This document shows positions 26,733-40,300 of a stretch of 64,000 bases of DNA, in pieces. A program made the translations under genes and the position numbers. Location of the stretch: NCBI GenBank assembly GCA_964016885.1, contig OZ024740.1, positions 105,710,001 to 105,774,000 on the forward strand. The letters are read 5' to 3'. This stretch comes from Eledone cirrhosa. Lineage: Eukaryota. The stretch's first letter is position 1. Every line of letters begins with the position of its first letter. The notes under the pieces were generated by a model, which saw only the letters and a program-made list of their open reading frames with translations, was not told where the DNA came from and searched no databases.

Positions 26733-28329
26733 TATGCTGCGAAAAGTGAGAGCAGGATACAAGTTGGGAAGGGGGAGAGCTTACCATCAATCACCTCCTC
26801 TTCATGGACGATCTTAAGCTCTTCGGGAAAAGTGAGAAGGAGTTGGATGTGCTTGTTGACACTGTCCGTATTTTCAGCAGTGATATATGTATGCAGTTTG
26901 GTATTGGTAAATGTGGAGTCATTGTGATGAGGAGGGGTAGGTTGAGCAGAAGTAACGGGATCCAGATACCAACAGGTGAGATGATAAAGGAAATTGACTC
27001 TGAGGAAGGATACAAGTATTTGGGCGTTCTGGAGGCTGATGGCATAAAGAACAAAAAAATGAAGGAATTGTTAAGAACTGAATACATTCGGAGAGTAAGG
27101 AGCGTATTGAAGTCACATCTGAACAGCAGAAATGCCATAAGCGCAGTAAATTCCCGAGCTGTGTCTATTATTAGGTACAGTGCGGGAATTCTGAGATGGA
27201 ATGTTTTTGAACAAAAAGAAATGGATAGGAAGACTAGGAAGTTATTGACTATCTACAACATGTTCCACAAGAGGAGTGATGTCGATAGACTCTACCTAAG
27301 GAGATCTGAGGGTGGAAAAGGTCTTATCAGCATAGAGGACTGTGTTCAGATGGAGAAAAAACAACCTATACAAATACGTGACCTATAGTAAGGAGCCAAT
27401 GCTCAGAACTGTACTGAAGCAGGGGACAGTAGGCCAGGGGATGTCCAAGGAGGAAATAACATCAAGGAGGAAGAGCAGCCTTAAGGGAAAATCCCTTCAT
27501 AGTACCTTCTTTGAGAAAACTGAATTTAGAGATCCACAGACATGGAACTGGTTGAGAAGAGGAGACCTCAAAAAGGCTACAGAAGGAATGCTAATGGCTG
27601 CGCAGGAGCAGGCCCTCAAAACGAAGTGGTTGAAGCACCATATTTACAAGGAGGAGGCTAGCCCACTGTGCAGGATCTGTGGAGAGAGAGAGGAGACTGT
27701 GGCTCACATTGTATCCGAGTGTAAACACCTAGCCCAGACCCACTATAAGGGCTGGAGACACGATGTGATGGGCAGGGTGATCCACTGGCACCTGTGCAAA
27801 GTAAACAATTTACCACATTCTGAGAAATGGTATGAGCATAGGCCAGAGGCGGTGATGGAGAACAATCAGGTGAAGGTGCTGTGGGATTTTAGGATACAGA
27901 CGGACAAAAAACTGGAACACAATAGACCTGACCTGGTGGTTGTGGACAAAGAAAAAAGATCGTGTCTGATTGTGGATGTGGCCTGCCCATTCGACACGAG
28001 AGTGCAAGAGAAGGAGAGGGAGAAAATTAACCGATACCAGGACCTAAAGTGGGAGGTGAAAAGGATTTGGAACTGCCATGAAGTCAAAGTGATCCCGATT
28101 GTCATAGGCGCACTGGGGACTATCTCCAAAAGTTTCCAGGGATGGTTAAAGAAAATCGGCCCCTTCACGCTTTTTGGAACGCTTCAAAAGGCATGCTTGC
28201 TTGGAACAGCAAGAACCCTCCGATACGTCCTGAATATCTGAGGCTGCAGGTAGTGGCTTGATATTCAATCCAACGGACTTTCCAGTTAACCAACATCAAT
28301 GACTGAGATTCAAGGAATAACAACAATAA

Positions 28330-28360
<31 letters not shown>
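26733..28360 (+). mobile_element. R4/Dong family 1, copy A (5'-truncated), (TAA)n tail
   Basis: NHLLFMDDLKL, YKYLG, CRICGEREETVAHIVSEC, NRPDLVVVD...DVACP. Near-identical to copy C. Confidence 0.95.
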
Positions 28361-31300
28361 TGAGTCTAGAGATTGGTCTATTTAAATTAGATGAACAAAA
28401 ATTGGCCGGGCAGGCTCGGGTAATAAGAACTAATGGGTGGATAAGCGAGCTGGAACTGGAGGAACTGAGCAGAGAGATTAGCTTGGAGATGGAGGGTGGA
28501 GTATGCCAGGCAAACGAGCCAGTGGGAAATTAAGGTGAGGAGGTCGAGAGAACGGAGGAACCACCCGAAGCAGACAATGATCTGAATGCTGAGATAAATA
28601 GTACTTGGAAGAGAGATACGGCCACTGAGGAGATGAATGCTGACGGGCTAGGACAAGATTTGGTTGATATCCTAAACTTAGTGGTAGATGAATTGAACAA
28701 TGATAGTGGGAGACCTATGAACCTAAGATTTGTAGACAGGAAAAAGTTAAAAGAAACAACAGCTAAGGTAAACAAAGTCATCCCATACCTTGAGGCGCGG
28801 AGCCTTCACCAGTGCAACAATATCCTCAAAGCAACAGCAAATACGGTGAGGAAACTACTTGGTATAAAAGCGAGAGCAAACAACAGACAAGAAAGAGCAG
28901 AACCTTGGTGGAAGAAACGACTGAGTGGTCAAATCAGGGAAATGAGAAATGACATTGGAAAGCTTGAGTCACTACTGAATGGGACACTAAAAAACATAGA
29001 CACTAAAAATAGACTGGAAATAAAGTACAAAACTAGGAGGAAAAAGCTAAATATTATCATAGAGGAACTGAAGCAACGCATTGTAGCAAAGATTGCAAAC
29101 ATCAGGCGATACGAGAACAGAGTCAGTCAGTATAGACAGAACCGCATGTTCGACAACAACTAGAAGATGCTGTTTGGACAGCTTGAAGGGAAAGAAAGAG
29201 GCAACGACTTGATCCCTGAGGCGGAACAAACTAAAACATTCTGGAGAGGAATATGGGAGCAGGATGTTAAACATAACGACCAGGCAGTGTGGATTGAGAC
29301 AGTACAGAAGGAGATTAGTGAACAAGCACACCAACAAACTGATTTGAGTATCACAGTTGAAACTCTTAAGGGGCAGGCCAAAAAACTAACCAACTAGAAA
29401 TCACTAGGCCCAGATGGTGTGCAGGGGTATTGGATTACAAATATAACATCCCTCCACCCGAAACTGACAACCATGTCCAATGACTGCTTGATGTCAGGTG
29501 AGGTACCAGAGTGGTTGACAAAAGGTACCACAGTTCTGATAATGAAAGACCGAATCAAGAGTAATGATGTTACCAACTATAGACCTATCACATGTCTGTC
29601 CGTAATGTGGAAACTGTTAACAAGCATTATGTCTGAGGAAATCTACCATCACCTCCACATAAACAACTTGTTACCGGACGAACAGAAAGGATGCCGAAAG
29701 AAGTCACGTGTTACAAAGGACCAGTTACTTATTGATAAGATGGTAATGAGGAATTGCAAGAGGAGACACACTGGTCTTGCCATGGGATGGATAGACTACA
29801 AAAAGGCATTTGACATGGTGCCTAATTCTTGGATCACCAAAAGCCTGGAGATCTTCAAGGTGGCAGATAACATCAGACAGTTGTTGGGCAAAAGTATGAA
29901 GTCCTGGGAAACAGAGTTAACATCAACTGGAGAATCCTTGGGAAGCGTGAAGATCAAGAGAGGTATCTTCCAGGGAGATAGTCTGTCCCCTCTGCTGTTT
30001 GTCCTTGCCCTGATGCCCCTGACCAGTGTACTGCGAAAAGTGAGAGCAGGATACAGGTTGGGAAAGGGAGGGCTTACCATCAATCACCTCCTCTTCATGG
30101 ACGATCTTAAGCTCTTCGGGAAGAGTGAGAAGGAGTTGGATGTGCTTGTTGACACTGTCCGTATTTTCAGCAATGCTATATGTATGCAATTTGGTATTAG
30201 TAAGTGTGGAGTCATTGTGATGAAGAGAGGTAAGTTGAGCAGAAGTAACGGAATCCAGATACCAACAGGTGAGATGATAAAGGAAATTGACTCTGAAGAA
30301 GGATACAAGTATTTGGGTGTTCTGGAGGCTGATGACATCAAGAACAAAAAAATGAAGGAATTGATAAGAACTGAATACATTCGGAGAGTAAGGAGCGTAT
30401 TAAAGTCACATCTGAACAGTAGAGATGCCATAAGTGCAGTAAATTCCCGAGCTGTGTCTATTATTAGGTACAGTGCGGGAATTCTGAGATGGAATGTTGC
30501 TGAACAAAAAGAAATGGATAAGAAGACTAGGAAGCTATTGACTATCTACAACATGTTCCACAAGAGGAGTGATGTCGATAGACTCTACTTAAGGAGATCT
30601 GAAGGTGGAAGAGGTCTTATCAGCATAGAGGACTGTGTTCAGATGGAGAAAAACAACCTACACAAATACGTGACTAATAGTAAGGAGCCAATGATCAGAA
30701 CTGTACTGAAGGTGGGGACAATAGGCCGGGGGATGTCCAAGGAGGAAATAACATCAAGGAGAAAGAGCAGCCTTCAGGAAAAATCCCTTCATAGTACCTT
30801 CTTTGAGAAAACTGAATTTAGAGATCCACAGACATGGAACTGGTTGAAAAGAGGAGAGCTTAAAAAGGCTACAGAAGGAATGTTAATGGCCGCGCAGGAG
30901 CAGGCCCTCAAAACGAAGTGGTTGAAACACCATATTTACAAGGAGGAGGCTAGCCCACTGTGCAGGATCTGTGGAGAGAGAGAGGAGACTGTGGCTCACA
31001 TTGTATCCGAGTGGAAACACCTAGCCCAGACTCACTATAAGGGCTGGAGACATGATGTGATGGGCAGGGTGATCCACTGGCACCTATGAAAAGTAAACAA
31101 TTTACCACATTCTGAGAGTGGTATGAGCATAAGCCAGAGTCGGTGATAGAAAACGATCAGGTGAAGGTGCTGTGGGATTTTAGGATACAGACGGACAAGA
31201 AACTGGAACACAATAGACCTGACCTGGTGGTTGTGGACAAAGAAAAAAGATCGTGCCTGATTGTGGATGTGGCCTGCCCATTCGACACGAGAGTGCAAGA

Positions 31301-31595
31301 GAAGGAGAGGGAGAAAATTAACGGATACCAGGACTCAAAGTGGGAGGTAAAAAGGATTTGGAACTGCCATGAAGTCAAAGTGATCCCGATTGTCATAGGC
31401 GCACTAGGGACTATCTCAAAAAGTTTCCAGGGATGGTTAAAGAAAATTGGCCCCTACACGCTTCAAAAGGCATGCTTGCTGAGAACAGCAAGAACCCTCC
31501 GATACGTCCTGAATATCTGAGGCTGCAGGTAGTGTCTTGATATTCATTTCAACAAACTTTCCAGTTAACTAACATCAATGACTGAGACTCAAAGA

Positions 31596-31671
<76 letters not shown>
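28361..31671 (+). mobile_element. R4/Dong family 1, copy B (5'-truncated, stops and frameshifts), (TAA)n tail
   Basis: ORFs 28633-29163, 29419-31089 (complete RT: NYRPITCL, GIFQGDSLSP, FMDD) and 31143-31520 (RLE). Confidence 0.95.
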
Positions 31672-32330
31672 GGGAAGAAGACGCACGAGGTGACGGAGGT
31701 CATGAAATCGCTCCCGTAAGTTTTGAATTTTTAACATATTTAAATCATTTGTGAAATAACAACTCTTAGTACAAATGTTACGTAAAGCACCCGGCTTGAG
31801 CCCCAAAAAATTCGGACCCAAAATATATTGTTATAAGGCTCAAATATTCAAATATTCAACTTTGTACTGTACACTGTATATCCAAAAAAGAAAATGGCTA
31901 TAAATGGAAGAAGAAGAACCCCCCCCCCCCCTCCTCTCCTCTGGCTACACTATATAGGACAGCTAAACTCACCAACACCAGAAACTAGATACACCACCCA
32001 CCCCATCATCTGTGTACACTAAACACAACAGCCAGATAACGGCATTTTCACCTTCACCGCCACCGCTCACTACGGCCATCATTACCACCACTATCCCATC
32101 ACCGCCGCCACCACCCCTTGACTCCTTCACTACTGCCACCGCTACAGCACCATCACTACAGTAATACGGTCACATCACCGCCACCACTGCCTCGGTATCG
32201 ACATCACCACCACCACTGTCTCAGTATCGCTACCGCCGCCAGTCTCCCACTTCTCCCTGCTGGCTGCTACTTCCACATTATAGAATTCCTACTACTAACA
32301 AAGAGGAAGGCATCAAAATATATAGATAGA
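31671..32330. repeat. Non-coding spacer repeat, copy 1 (possible minus-strand non-autonomous Helitron)
   Basis: Begins gggaagaagacgcacgaggtg and ends ...caaaatatatagat. Homologous to 36361-37030. Confidence 0.75.
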
Positions 32331-32609
32331 CTCAAAAGAAAAAAGAAAAAACAAACAACAAAACCAAAGCAGCACAGCAACAACAGCAAAAACGAGAAAA
32401 ACAAACAGAGAAAAACAAAAACAAAAAAAGAAACCCCCAAAACGTAAAGAAAATAAGAATGAAGAGAGAAGCAGGCGGACGGACAGAGAAGATGGGGGAA
32501 AAAGTAAAACTTAAAAAACAAAAACTAAGTCAGACATTCGAACACTACATTACAATGAAACTTATGCTTATTCATTTTTGGGGCCCTTTCTGCCTGTGTG
32601 TTTGTTTGT

Positions 32610-35600
32610 TTATGTGTGTTCGTATACAGCGTGGTGATAATGCCACACAAGGGCCAATTGGGATGGCGGATCCACAGATGGCTATGTAACTATACATTCG
32701 CCAATCCTCGATAAGAGTGTTTAAATATCGAACATAAACAGTTCGAATAACGGTGAAATGGAGACTAGAACGTCATGTGACAGACTCTCACCCAACAGGT
32801 GCCCCCTGGCTCAGCAGCAGGAACCTGACTGTCAACCAAATACTGCTGATGTTGGAGGAAGAAGAAGAAGGAAAGGGGCCAGAACCAACTGGACGAAAGA
32901 ATTGAATAGAACTGTTATGCAATGCTACCTGAAAAGTAACCCCAAGGAGAGGGACTACAGGAGACGGATGCATAACATCTGGAACGAGATTGGTTTATTT
33001 AAATTAGATGAACAAAAATTGGCCGGGAAGGCTCGGGTAATAAGAACTAATGGGTGGATAAGCGAGCTGGAACTGGAGGAACTGAGCAGAGAGAATGGCT
33101 TGGAGATGGCGGGTGTAGTATGCCAGACAAGCGAGCCGGTGGGAAATGAAGGTGAGGAGGTCCTGAGAACGGAGGAACTACCCGAAGCAGACAATGATCT
33201 GAATACTGAGATAAATAATACCTGGAACAGAGATACGGCCACTGAGGAGATGAATGCTGACGGGCTAGGACAAGATTCGGTTGACATCCTAAATTTAGTG
33301 GTAGATGAATTGAACAATGATAGTGGGAGACCTATGAACCTAAGATTTGTAGACAGGAAAAAGTTAAAAGAAACAACAGCTAAGGTAAACAAAGTCATCC
33401 CATACCTTGAGGCGAGGAGCCTTCACCAGTGCAACAATATCCTCAAAGCAACAGCAAATACGGTGAGGAAACTACTTGGTATAAAAGCGAGAGGAAACAA
33501 CAGACAAGAAAGAGCAGAGCCGTGGTGGAAGAAGCGACTGAGTGGGCAAATCGGGGAAATGAGAAATGACATAGGAAAGCTTGAGTCACTACTGAATGGG
33601 ACACTAAAAAAGCATAGGCACTAAAAATAGACTGGAAATAAAATACAAAACTAGGAGTAAAAAGCTAAATATTATCATAGAGGAATTGAAGCAACGCATT
33701 GTAGCAAAGAGTGCAAAAATCAGGCGATACGAGAACAGAGTCAGTCAGTATAAACAGAACCGCATGTTCGACAACAACCAGAAGATGCTGTTTGGACAGC
33801 TTGAGGGGAAAGAAAGAGGCAACGACTTGATCCCTGGGGCGGAACAAACTAAAACATTCTGGAGAGGAATATGGGAGCAGGATGTTAGACACAATGCCCA
33901 GGCAGGGTGGATTGAGACAGTACAGAGGGAGAGGGTGGGCAGGCACAACAACAGACTGATTTGAGTATCACAGTTGAAACTCTTAAGGGGCAAGCCAAAA
34001 AACTAACCAACTGGAAATCACCAGGCCCAGATGGTGTGCAGGGGTATTGGATTAAACATTTAACATCCCTCCACCCGAAGCTGACGGCCATGTTCAATGA
34101 CTGCTTGGTGACGGGTGAGGTGCCAGAGTGGTTGACAAAAGGTACCACAGTTCTGATAATGAAAGACCGAATCAAGGGTAATGATGTTACCAACTATAGA
34201 CCTATCACATGTCTGCCCGTAATGTGGAAACTGTTGACGAGCATTGTGTCTGAGGAAATCTACCATCACCTCCACACAAACAACTTGTTACCGGACGAAC
34301 AGAAAGGATGCCGAAAGAAGTCACGTGGTACAAAGGACCAGTTGCTTATTGATAAGATGGTAATGGGGAATTGCAGGAGGAGACACACTGATCTTGCCAT
34401 GGGATGGATAGACTACAGAAAGGCATTTGACATGGTGCCTCATTCCTGGATCACCAAAAGCCTGGATATCTTCAGGGTGGCAGATAACATCAGACAGTTG
34501 CTAGGCAGGAGTATGGGGTCCTGGGAGACAGAGCTGACATCAACTGGAGTATCCTTGGGAAGCGTGAAGATCAAGAGAGGTATCTTCCAGGGAGATAGCC
34601 TGTCCCCTCTGATGTTTGTCCTTGCCCTGATGCCCTTGACCATTATGCTGCGAAAAGTGAGAGCAGGATACAAGTTGGGAAGGGGAGAGCTTACCATCAA
34701 TCACCTCCTCTTCATGGACGATCTTAAGCTCTTCGGGAAAAGTGAGAAGGAGTTGGATGTGCTTGTTGACACTGTCCGTATTTTCAGCAGTGATATATGT
34801 ATGCAGTTTGGTATTGGTAAATGTGGAGTCATTGTGATGAAGAGGGGTAGGTTGAGCAGAAGTAACGGGATCCAGATACCAACAGGTGAGATGATAAAGG
34901 AAATTGACTCTGAGGAAGGATACAAGTATTTGGGCGTTCTGGAGGCTGATGGCATAAAGAACAAAAAAATGAAGGAATTGTTAAGAACTGAATACATTCG
35001 GAGAGTAAGGAGCGTATTGAAGTCACATCTGAACAGCAGAAATGCCATAAGCGCAGTAAATTCCCGAGCTGTGTCTATTATTAGGTACAGTGCGGGAATT
35101 CTGAGATGGAATGTTTTTGAACAAAAAGAAATGGATAGGAAGACTAGGAAGCTATTGACTATCTACAACATGTTCCGGAGTGATGTCGATAGACTCTACC
35201 TAAGGAGATCTGAGGGTGGAAGAGGTCTTATCAGCATAGAGGACTGTGTTCAGATGGAGAAAAACAACCTATACAAATACGTGACCTATAGTAAGGAGCC
35301 AATGCTCAGAACTGTACTGAAGGAGGGGACAGTAGGCCAGGGGATGTCCAAGGAGGAAATAACATCAAGGAGGAAGAGCAGCCTTAAGGGAAAATCCCTT
35401 CATAGTACCTTCTTTGAGAAAACTGAATTTAGAGATCCACAGACATGGAACTGGTTGAGAAGAGGAGACCTCAAAAAGGCTACAGAAGGAATGCTAATGG
35501 CTGCGCAGGAGCAGGCCCTCAAAACGAAGTGGTTGAAGCACCATATCTACAAGGAGGAGGCTAGCCCACTGTGCAGGATCTGTGGAGAGAGAGAGGAGAC

Positions 35601-36230
35601 TGTGGCTCACATTGTGTCCGAGTGTAAACACCTAGCCCAGACCCACTATAAGGGCTGGAGACACGATGTGATGGGCAGGGTGATCCACTGGCACCTGTGC
35701 AAAGTAAACAATCTACCACATTCTGAGAAATGGTATGAGCATAGGCCAGAGGCGGTGATGGAGAACAATCAGGTGAAGGTGCTGTGGGATTTTAGGATAC
35801 AGACGGACAAAAAACTGGAACACAATAGACCTGACCTGGTGGTTGTGGACAAAGAAAAAAGATCGTGCCTGATTGTGGATGTGGCCTGCCCGTTCGACAC
35901 GAGAGTGCAAGAGAAGGAGAGGGAGAAAATTAACCGATACCAGGACCTAAAGTGGGAGGTGAAAAGGATTTGGAACTGCCATGAAGTCAAAGTGATCCCG
36001 ATTGTCATAGGCGTACTGGGGACTATCTCCAAAAGTTTCCAGGGATGGTTAAAGAAAATCGGCCCCTTCACGCTTTTTGGAACGCTTCAAAAGGCATGCT
36101 TGCTTGGAACAGCAAGAACCCTCCGATACGTCCTGAATATCTGAGGCTGCAGGTAGTGGCTTGATATTCAATCCAACGGACTTTCCAGTTAACCAACATC
36201 AATGACTGAGATTCAAGGAATAACAATAAC

Positions 36231-36292
<62 letters not shown>

Positions 36293-36294
36293 GG

Positions 36295-36360
<66 letters not shown>
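32610..36360 (+). mobile_element. R4/Dong family 1, copy C (near full-length), (TAA)n tail
   Basis: ATG at 32758 with N-terminal RTNWTKELNRTVMQCY domain, two frameshifts, then a 727-aa RT-CCHC-RLE ORF. The 5' boundary is approximate. Confidence 0.95.
33961..36144 (+). CDS. Reverse transcriptase, zinc knuckle and restriction-like endonuclease (R4 clade), open segment
   Basis: KSPGPDG, EQKGCRK, WIDYRKAFD, QGDSLSP, FMDD, CxxC..H..C, RPD...D...K. Confidence 0.9.
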   Translation: MSITVETLKGQAKKLTNWKSPGPDGVQGYWIKHLTSLHPKLTAMFNDCLVTGEVPEWLTKGTTVLIMKDRIKGNDVTNYRPITCLPVMWKLLTSIVSEEIYHHLHTNNLLPDEQKGCRKKSRGTKDQLLIDKMVMGNCRRRHTDLAMGWIDYRKAFDMVPHSWITKSLDIFRVADNIRQLLGRSMGSWETELTSTGVSLGSVKIKRGIFQGDSLSPLMFVLALMPLTIMLRKVRAGYKLGRGELTINHLLFMDDLKLFGKSEKELDVLVDTVRIFSSDICMQFGIGKCGVIVMKRGRLSRSNGIQIPTGEMIKEIDSEEGYKYLGVLEADGIKNKKMKELLRTEYIRRVRSVLKSHLNSRNAISAVNSRAVSIIRYSAGILRWNVFEQKEMDRKTRKLLTIYNMFRSDVDRLYLRRSEGGRGLISIEDCVQMEKNNLYKYVTYSKEPMLRTVLKEGTVGQGMSKEEITSRRKSSLKGKSLHSTFFEKTEFRDPQTWNWLRRGDLKKATEGMLMAAQEQALKTKWLKHHIYKEEASPLCRICGEREETVAHIVSECKHLAQTHYKGWRHDVMGRVIHWHLCKVNNLPHSEKWYEHRPEAVMENNQVKVLWDFRIQTDKKLEHNRPDLVVVDKEKRSCLIVDVACPFDTRVQEKEREKINRYQDLKWEVKRIWNCHEVKVIPIVIGVLGTISKSFQGWLKKIGPFTLFGTLQKACLLGTARTLRYVLNI

Positions 36361-37030
36361 GGGAAGAAGACGCACGAGGTGGTAGAACGTCACGAAATTG
36401 CTCCCGTAAGTTTTTGATTTTTAACATATTTAAATCAATTGTGAAAGAACAATTCTTAGCACAAATGTTGCATAAATGCACCGAATGAGGTCCCATAAAG
36501 TTTCGGATCCATATCATATTGTTGTATCGCTCAAATATTCAATTTTGTATTATATATTTTGTATTCAAAAAAAGAAAATGGTTATAAATGGAACAAAACA
36601 CCCTCTGTCTACACTATATTGAACAGCCAAATAGCAGCAATTTCAATTTCACCATCACCAGAAACTTGATACACTAGCTATCCCATCACACTAAATATAA
36701 CAGCCAGATAACGGCAATTTCACCAGCATCATAATAATAATTACTATTATTATTGTCTCAAATTTGAAAAAATGTTTAATTCAAATTTTACGGTAATATG
36801 TCAACACAAAATATAATAAAAATATATATTAAACATACGAACACCACCTCATAGATACTATATCAGTAACCACAACACCACCGCTGCCACCACTCCACTT
36901 CATCCATCATCGCCGCCACCACTCATTCAATGCTACCGACACTATTCCCCTGTTAACTTGAGAGAGAAAGGGGAAGGTGGCGGTATCACTAGACAAGAGA
37001 GAGGCTAGCAAAAGATATAAATAGATTGAC
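36361..37030. repeat. Non-coding spacer repeat, copy 2
   Basis: Diverged homolog of 31671-32330, starting at the same nucleotide after a (TAA)n tail. Confidence 0.75.
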
Positions 37031-37185
37031 TTGGTGACCTTGCCACCGGCCAAACGTCTACATCAACAATTATGGGACTGCTGGCTCACCCCTTCCTCAC
37101 CAACAATATAAAAAGCCCCGGCACCACCACCGACATAGCCAACAACAATAACAGCCAACTACAACAAAAAGTATATTATATTATT

Positions 37186-37230
37186 GTAATGCACTGGGTG
37201 ATTGCTGGCCTTGTGCCTGGAGTGGAGACA
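37186..37230 (+). mobile_element. SINE 3'-end fragment flanked by attatt
   Basis: gtaatgcactgggtgattgctggccttgtgcctggagtggagaca matches the tail of 20505-20690. Confidence 0.7.
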
Positions 37231-37319
37231 ATTATTAATAATTTCATTCTTAAGCCACGCAATGCTCACATTAAGGAACCACTCATGATAATAACAATTT
37301 AAAAAAAAACAACAAAAAG

Positions 37320-40300
37320 AAAACCCCGTGACCAAGAAATACCGGGATGGCGGCCGGCGGGGAATAGCCGTGTCTCTAGGGGAGAACGACCCCTCTAGTC
37401 TTGGTTGACACTCGTTCTAGAAGTGGTAACACGAAATGATTACCCCTTGGCGGATAAGGATAAAACGCGACAAAATAAAGTAAATGTCTAATGATAAAAT
37501 CTCATACCGGGTCGGCCGTCACCCGGGTAAAAAAGGGCCGCGTCCCTCAGAGAGGAACCAGACTGGGGTCGAAAAATCAGCTAATGGTTCAAATCTTCCC
37601 ATCACTTCGGAGCTGGAGACCTCCCATAACCGGAATACTCCTACTGTTGGCCCTCCATGCTCACCACCAAGAAATCCAAAGAAAAAGAGAGAAAAATGGT
37701 CAAGGGAAGATAATAAAGAAGTCCTTGAGGCTTTCTACACTGCCATGTACTACCCATCAAATACATCGAATACAGAACAGACATATATCAACTGTAAAAA
37801 GAAACATCCTGAAAACAGAGGCTATATTGACAGCAACAAACTAGCCAATATACGAAGAAATATTGTAAGAAAAAAGTTACTAACTGATATAGAAATTGAT
37901 CAGATCAAGCTAGTAGCACAAAGTCAGCGAAGGGAAAATGAAACATGTGTCAGTGAAAACGAGGTAAATTGTAACACTTCGAATCCCAGGTTTGGGGCGG
38001 AATCACTGGCAACAGAACAAATTAAAGAAAGGATCGAAAAAGTGGAGGTAGTGTATGCTCAAGATGAAACTCCAAATGAAAATAATGAGATCGTAAATGA
38101 TAAAGAAATGAATGAGAATGAACTTGCCAACTTGAAGGATGAAATTATGATCGAATGGATGAAAATGAAAGAATCTGACATGGGGCAACGAGACACCCTC
38201 CCTAAGATCCAGAACTCCAAACAGAACCAAAAGATAATACACAAGACTAACATAATTCTCAAAAACATTATCATCACAAACAAACTAAACATTACTGATT
38301 TAAATCATCTCAATTATGCATCGGCTAAAGTCACCACTCACTTATGTGGAGTGAAGATGAAAAAACAAAGGAATTCCCACAAGAAATCTACTTGGCAAGA
38401 GAACATCAACCGCCAAATAAACCTTCTCCGATCTGACATAGAAATTTTAACAAACTATAAAGTAGGTGAACATGTTAAACAAACTAAACTTAGAAAATTG
38501 AAAAAAAGTACAGTATAAAATCAACAAGTGACATAGACATGCTGATAGAAATAATCAAACAAAAAGTGTCGGCCAAAGCTGCTCGTATAAGGCGCTTTGA
38601 AAAACGATCTAGATTCTATAAGGACAATAATATGTTCAAAAACAACCAAAGAAACTTCTACAGAAAAATTGGTAAGTCAACAATAACTGCTAAATCAATA
38701 CCACCCAAGGAGGAAGTGCAAGAATTCTGGAAAAGATCTGGGCCGAAGAAAAAGTTCATAACATACATGCCCATGGATAGACAGACACATGAAAGATACA
38801 GCTCACCTTGAAGAACAAATATGGGAAAATATAACAGTTGAACAGTTGCGCTTGGCTCTAAGAAAAACCAGCAAATGAAATCCCCAGGAAAAGACAAAAT
38901 ACAAAACTTTTGGATAAATGACTTCACAGAGTCTCATGAGCTGTTAGCCCAACTTTACAATGAAATAGTTAAGGAGCCAGAAAAGATACCATCATGGCTA
39001 GTTAACGGCATTACATTCCTGCTTCCGAAGAATGATGAGACAAACAATCCCAAAAATTACAGACCGATAACTTGCTTGACCACAATGTATAAAATTTTGA
39101 CATCAGTCCTAACTGAATATACATATGACCACCTGATAACAAATGACCTATTTCCCATTGAGCAGAAAGGGTGTAAACGAGGCTCATATGGCTGTAAGGA
39201 TCAGCTTCTGGTTAACAAAATGATACTGGAAGATTGTCATAATAGACACAAAAATCTATCGATTGCTTGGATAGATTATAAAAAAGCATTCGATAGTTTG
39301 CCACACAGTTGGATTGAAAAATGTTTAGAGATTTTCAAAATATCCCCCGTTGTCAGGAGTTTTTTGTCATTCAGTATGAAGACATGGAAAACGACACTCC
39401 TTTTGAATAGTGAAACAAAATCACTGGAAGCTGGAGAAGTTAATATTAATTGTGGAATTTTTCAGGGTGACTCTTTATCACCGCTATTATTCTGCATCGC
39501 ACTTATACCATTAAGTAAAATTCTCAATGAAACAAAACATGGATATAAAGTCTACGACAAAACCATTAATCACTTGTTCTACATGGATGACCTGAAACTA
39601 TTTGCAAAAAATGATGAACAATTGCAAGGGCTATTATCCACTGTGGAGCAGTTCAGTGATGACATTAAAATGGTGTTTGGACTAGATAAATGCGCCAAAG
39701 CAACGTTCACCAGAGGAAAGCTGCTGAAGAGTTCAGACATTAATCTTGATCGGGGGAACGTGATAAGAGAACTTGATCAAGAAAAAACTTACAAATATCT
39801 AGGTGTTTGTGAAGGAGACGGAATCAAGCACTCGACAATGAGGGAAAGGATAAGGAAGGAATGTTACCGCAGAGTAAGAGCAATCTTAAGAACGGAATTG
39901 AATGCAAGGAATAGGATCGATGCCATAAACACGCTTGCCATACCAGTAGTAACCTACAGTTACAATGTCATCAACTGGTCAAGCACAGAGATCCGTAGGC
40001 TCGATACAAAAATTCGAAAATTCTTAACCATGCACAGAATGCATCACCCTAAGGCAGATATAGATAGAATATATCTCCCTAGGAAAGAAGGAGGACGTGG
40101 GTTAATCCGGTTAGACATTGCGTTGAAAACTGCAACAATTGGATTATCTACATATCTAAGGGAATCACATGATTGGATGATCAAACTCGTTTTGAAACAC
40201 GAAAGCATCAAAAGATCATATTCCATTACAAAAGATGCACAAAGATACAGTAATGGACTACAAATTTCAGATGTCCCATTTACTGCTGAAATGGAAAACA

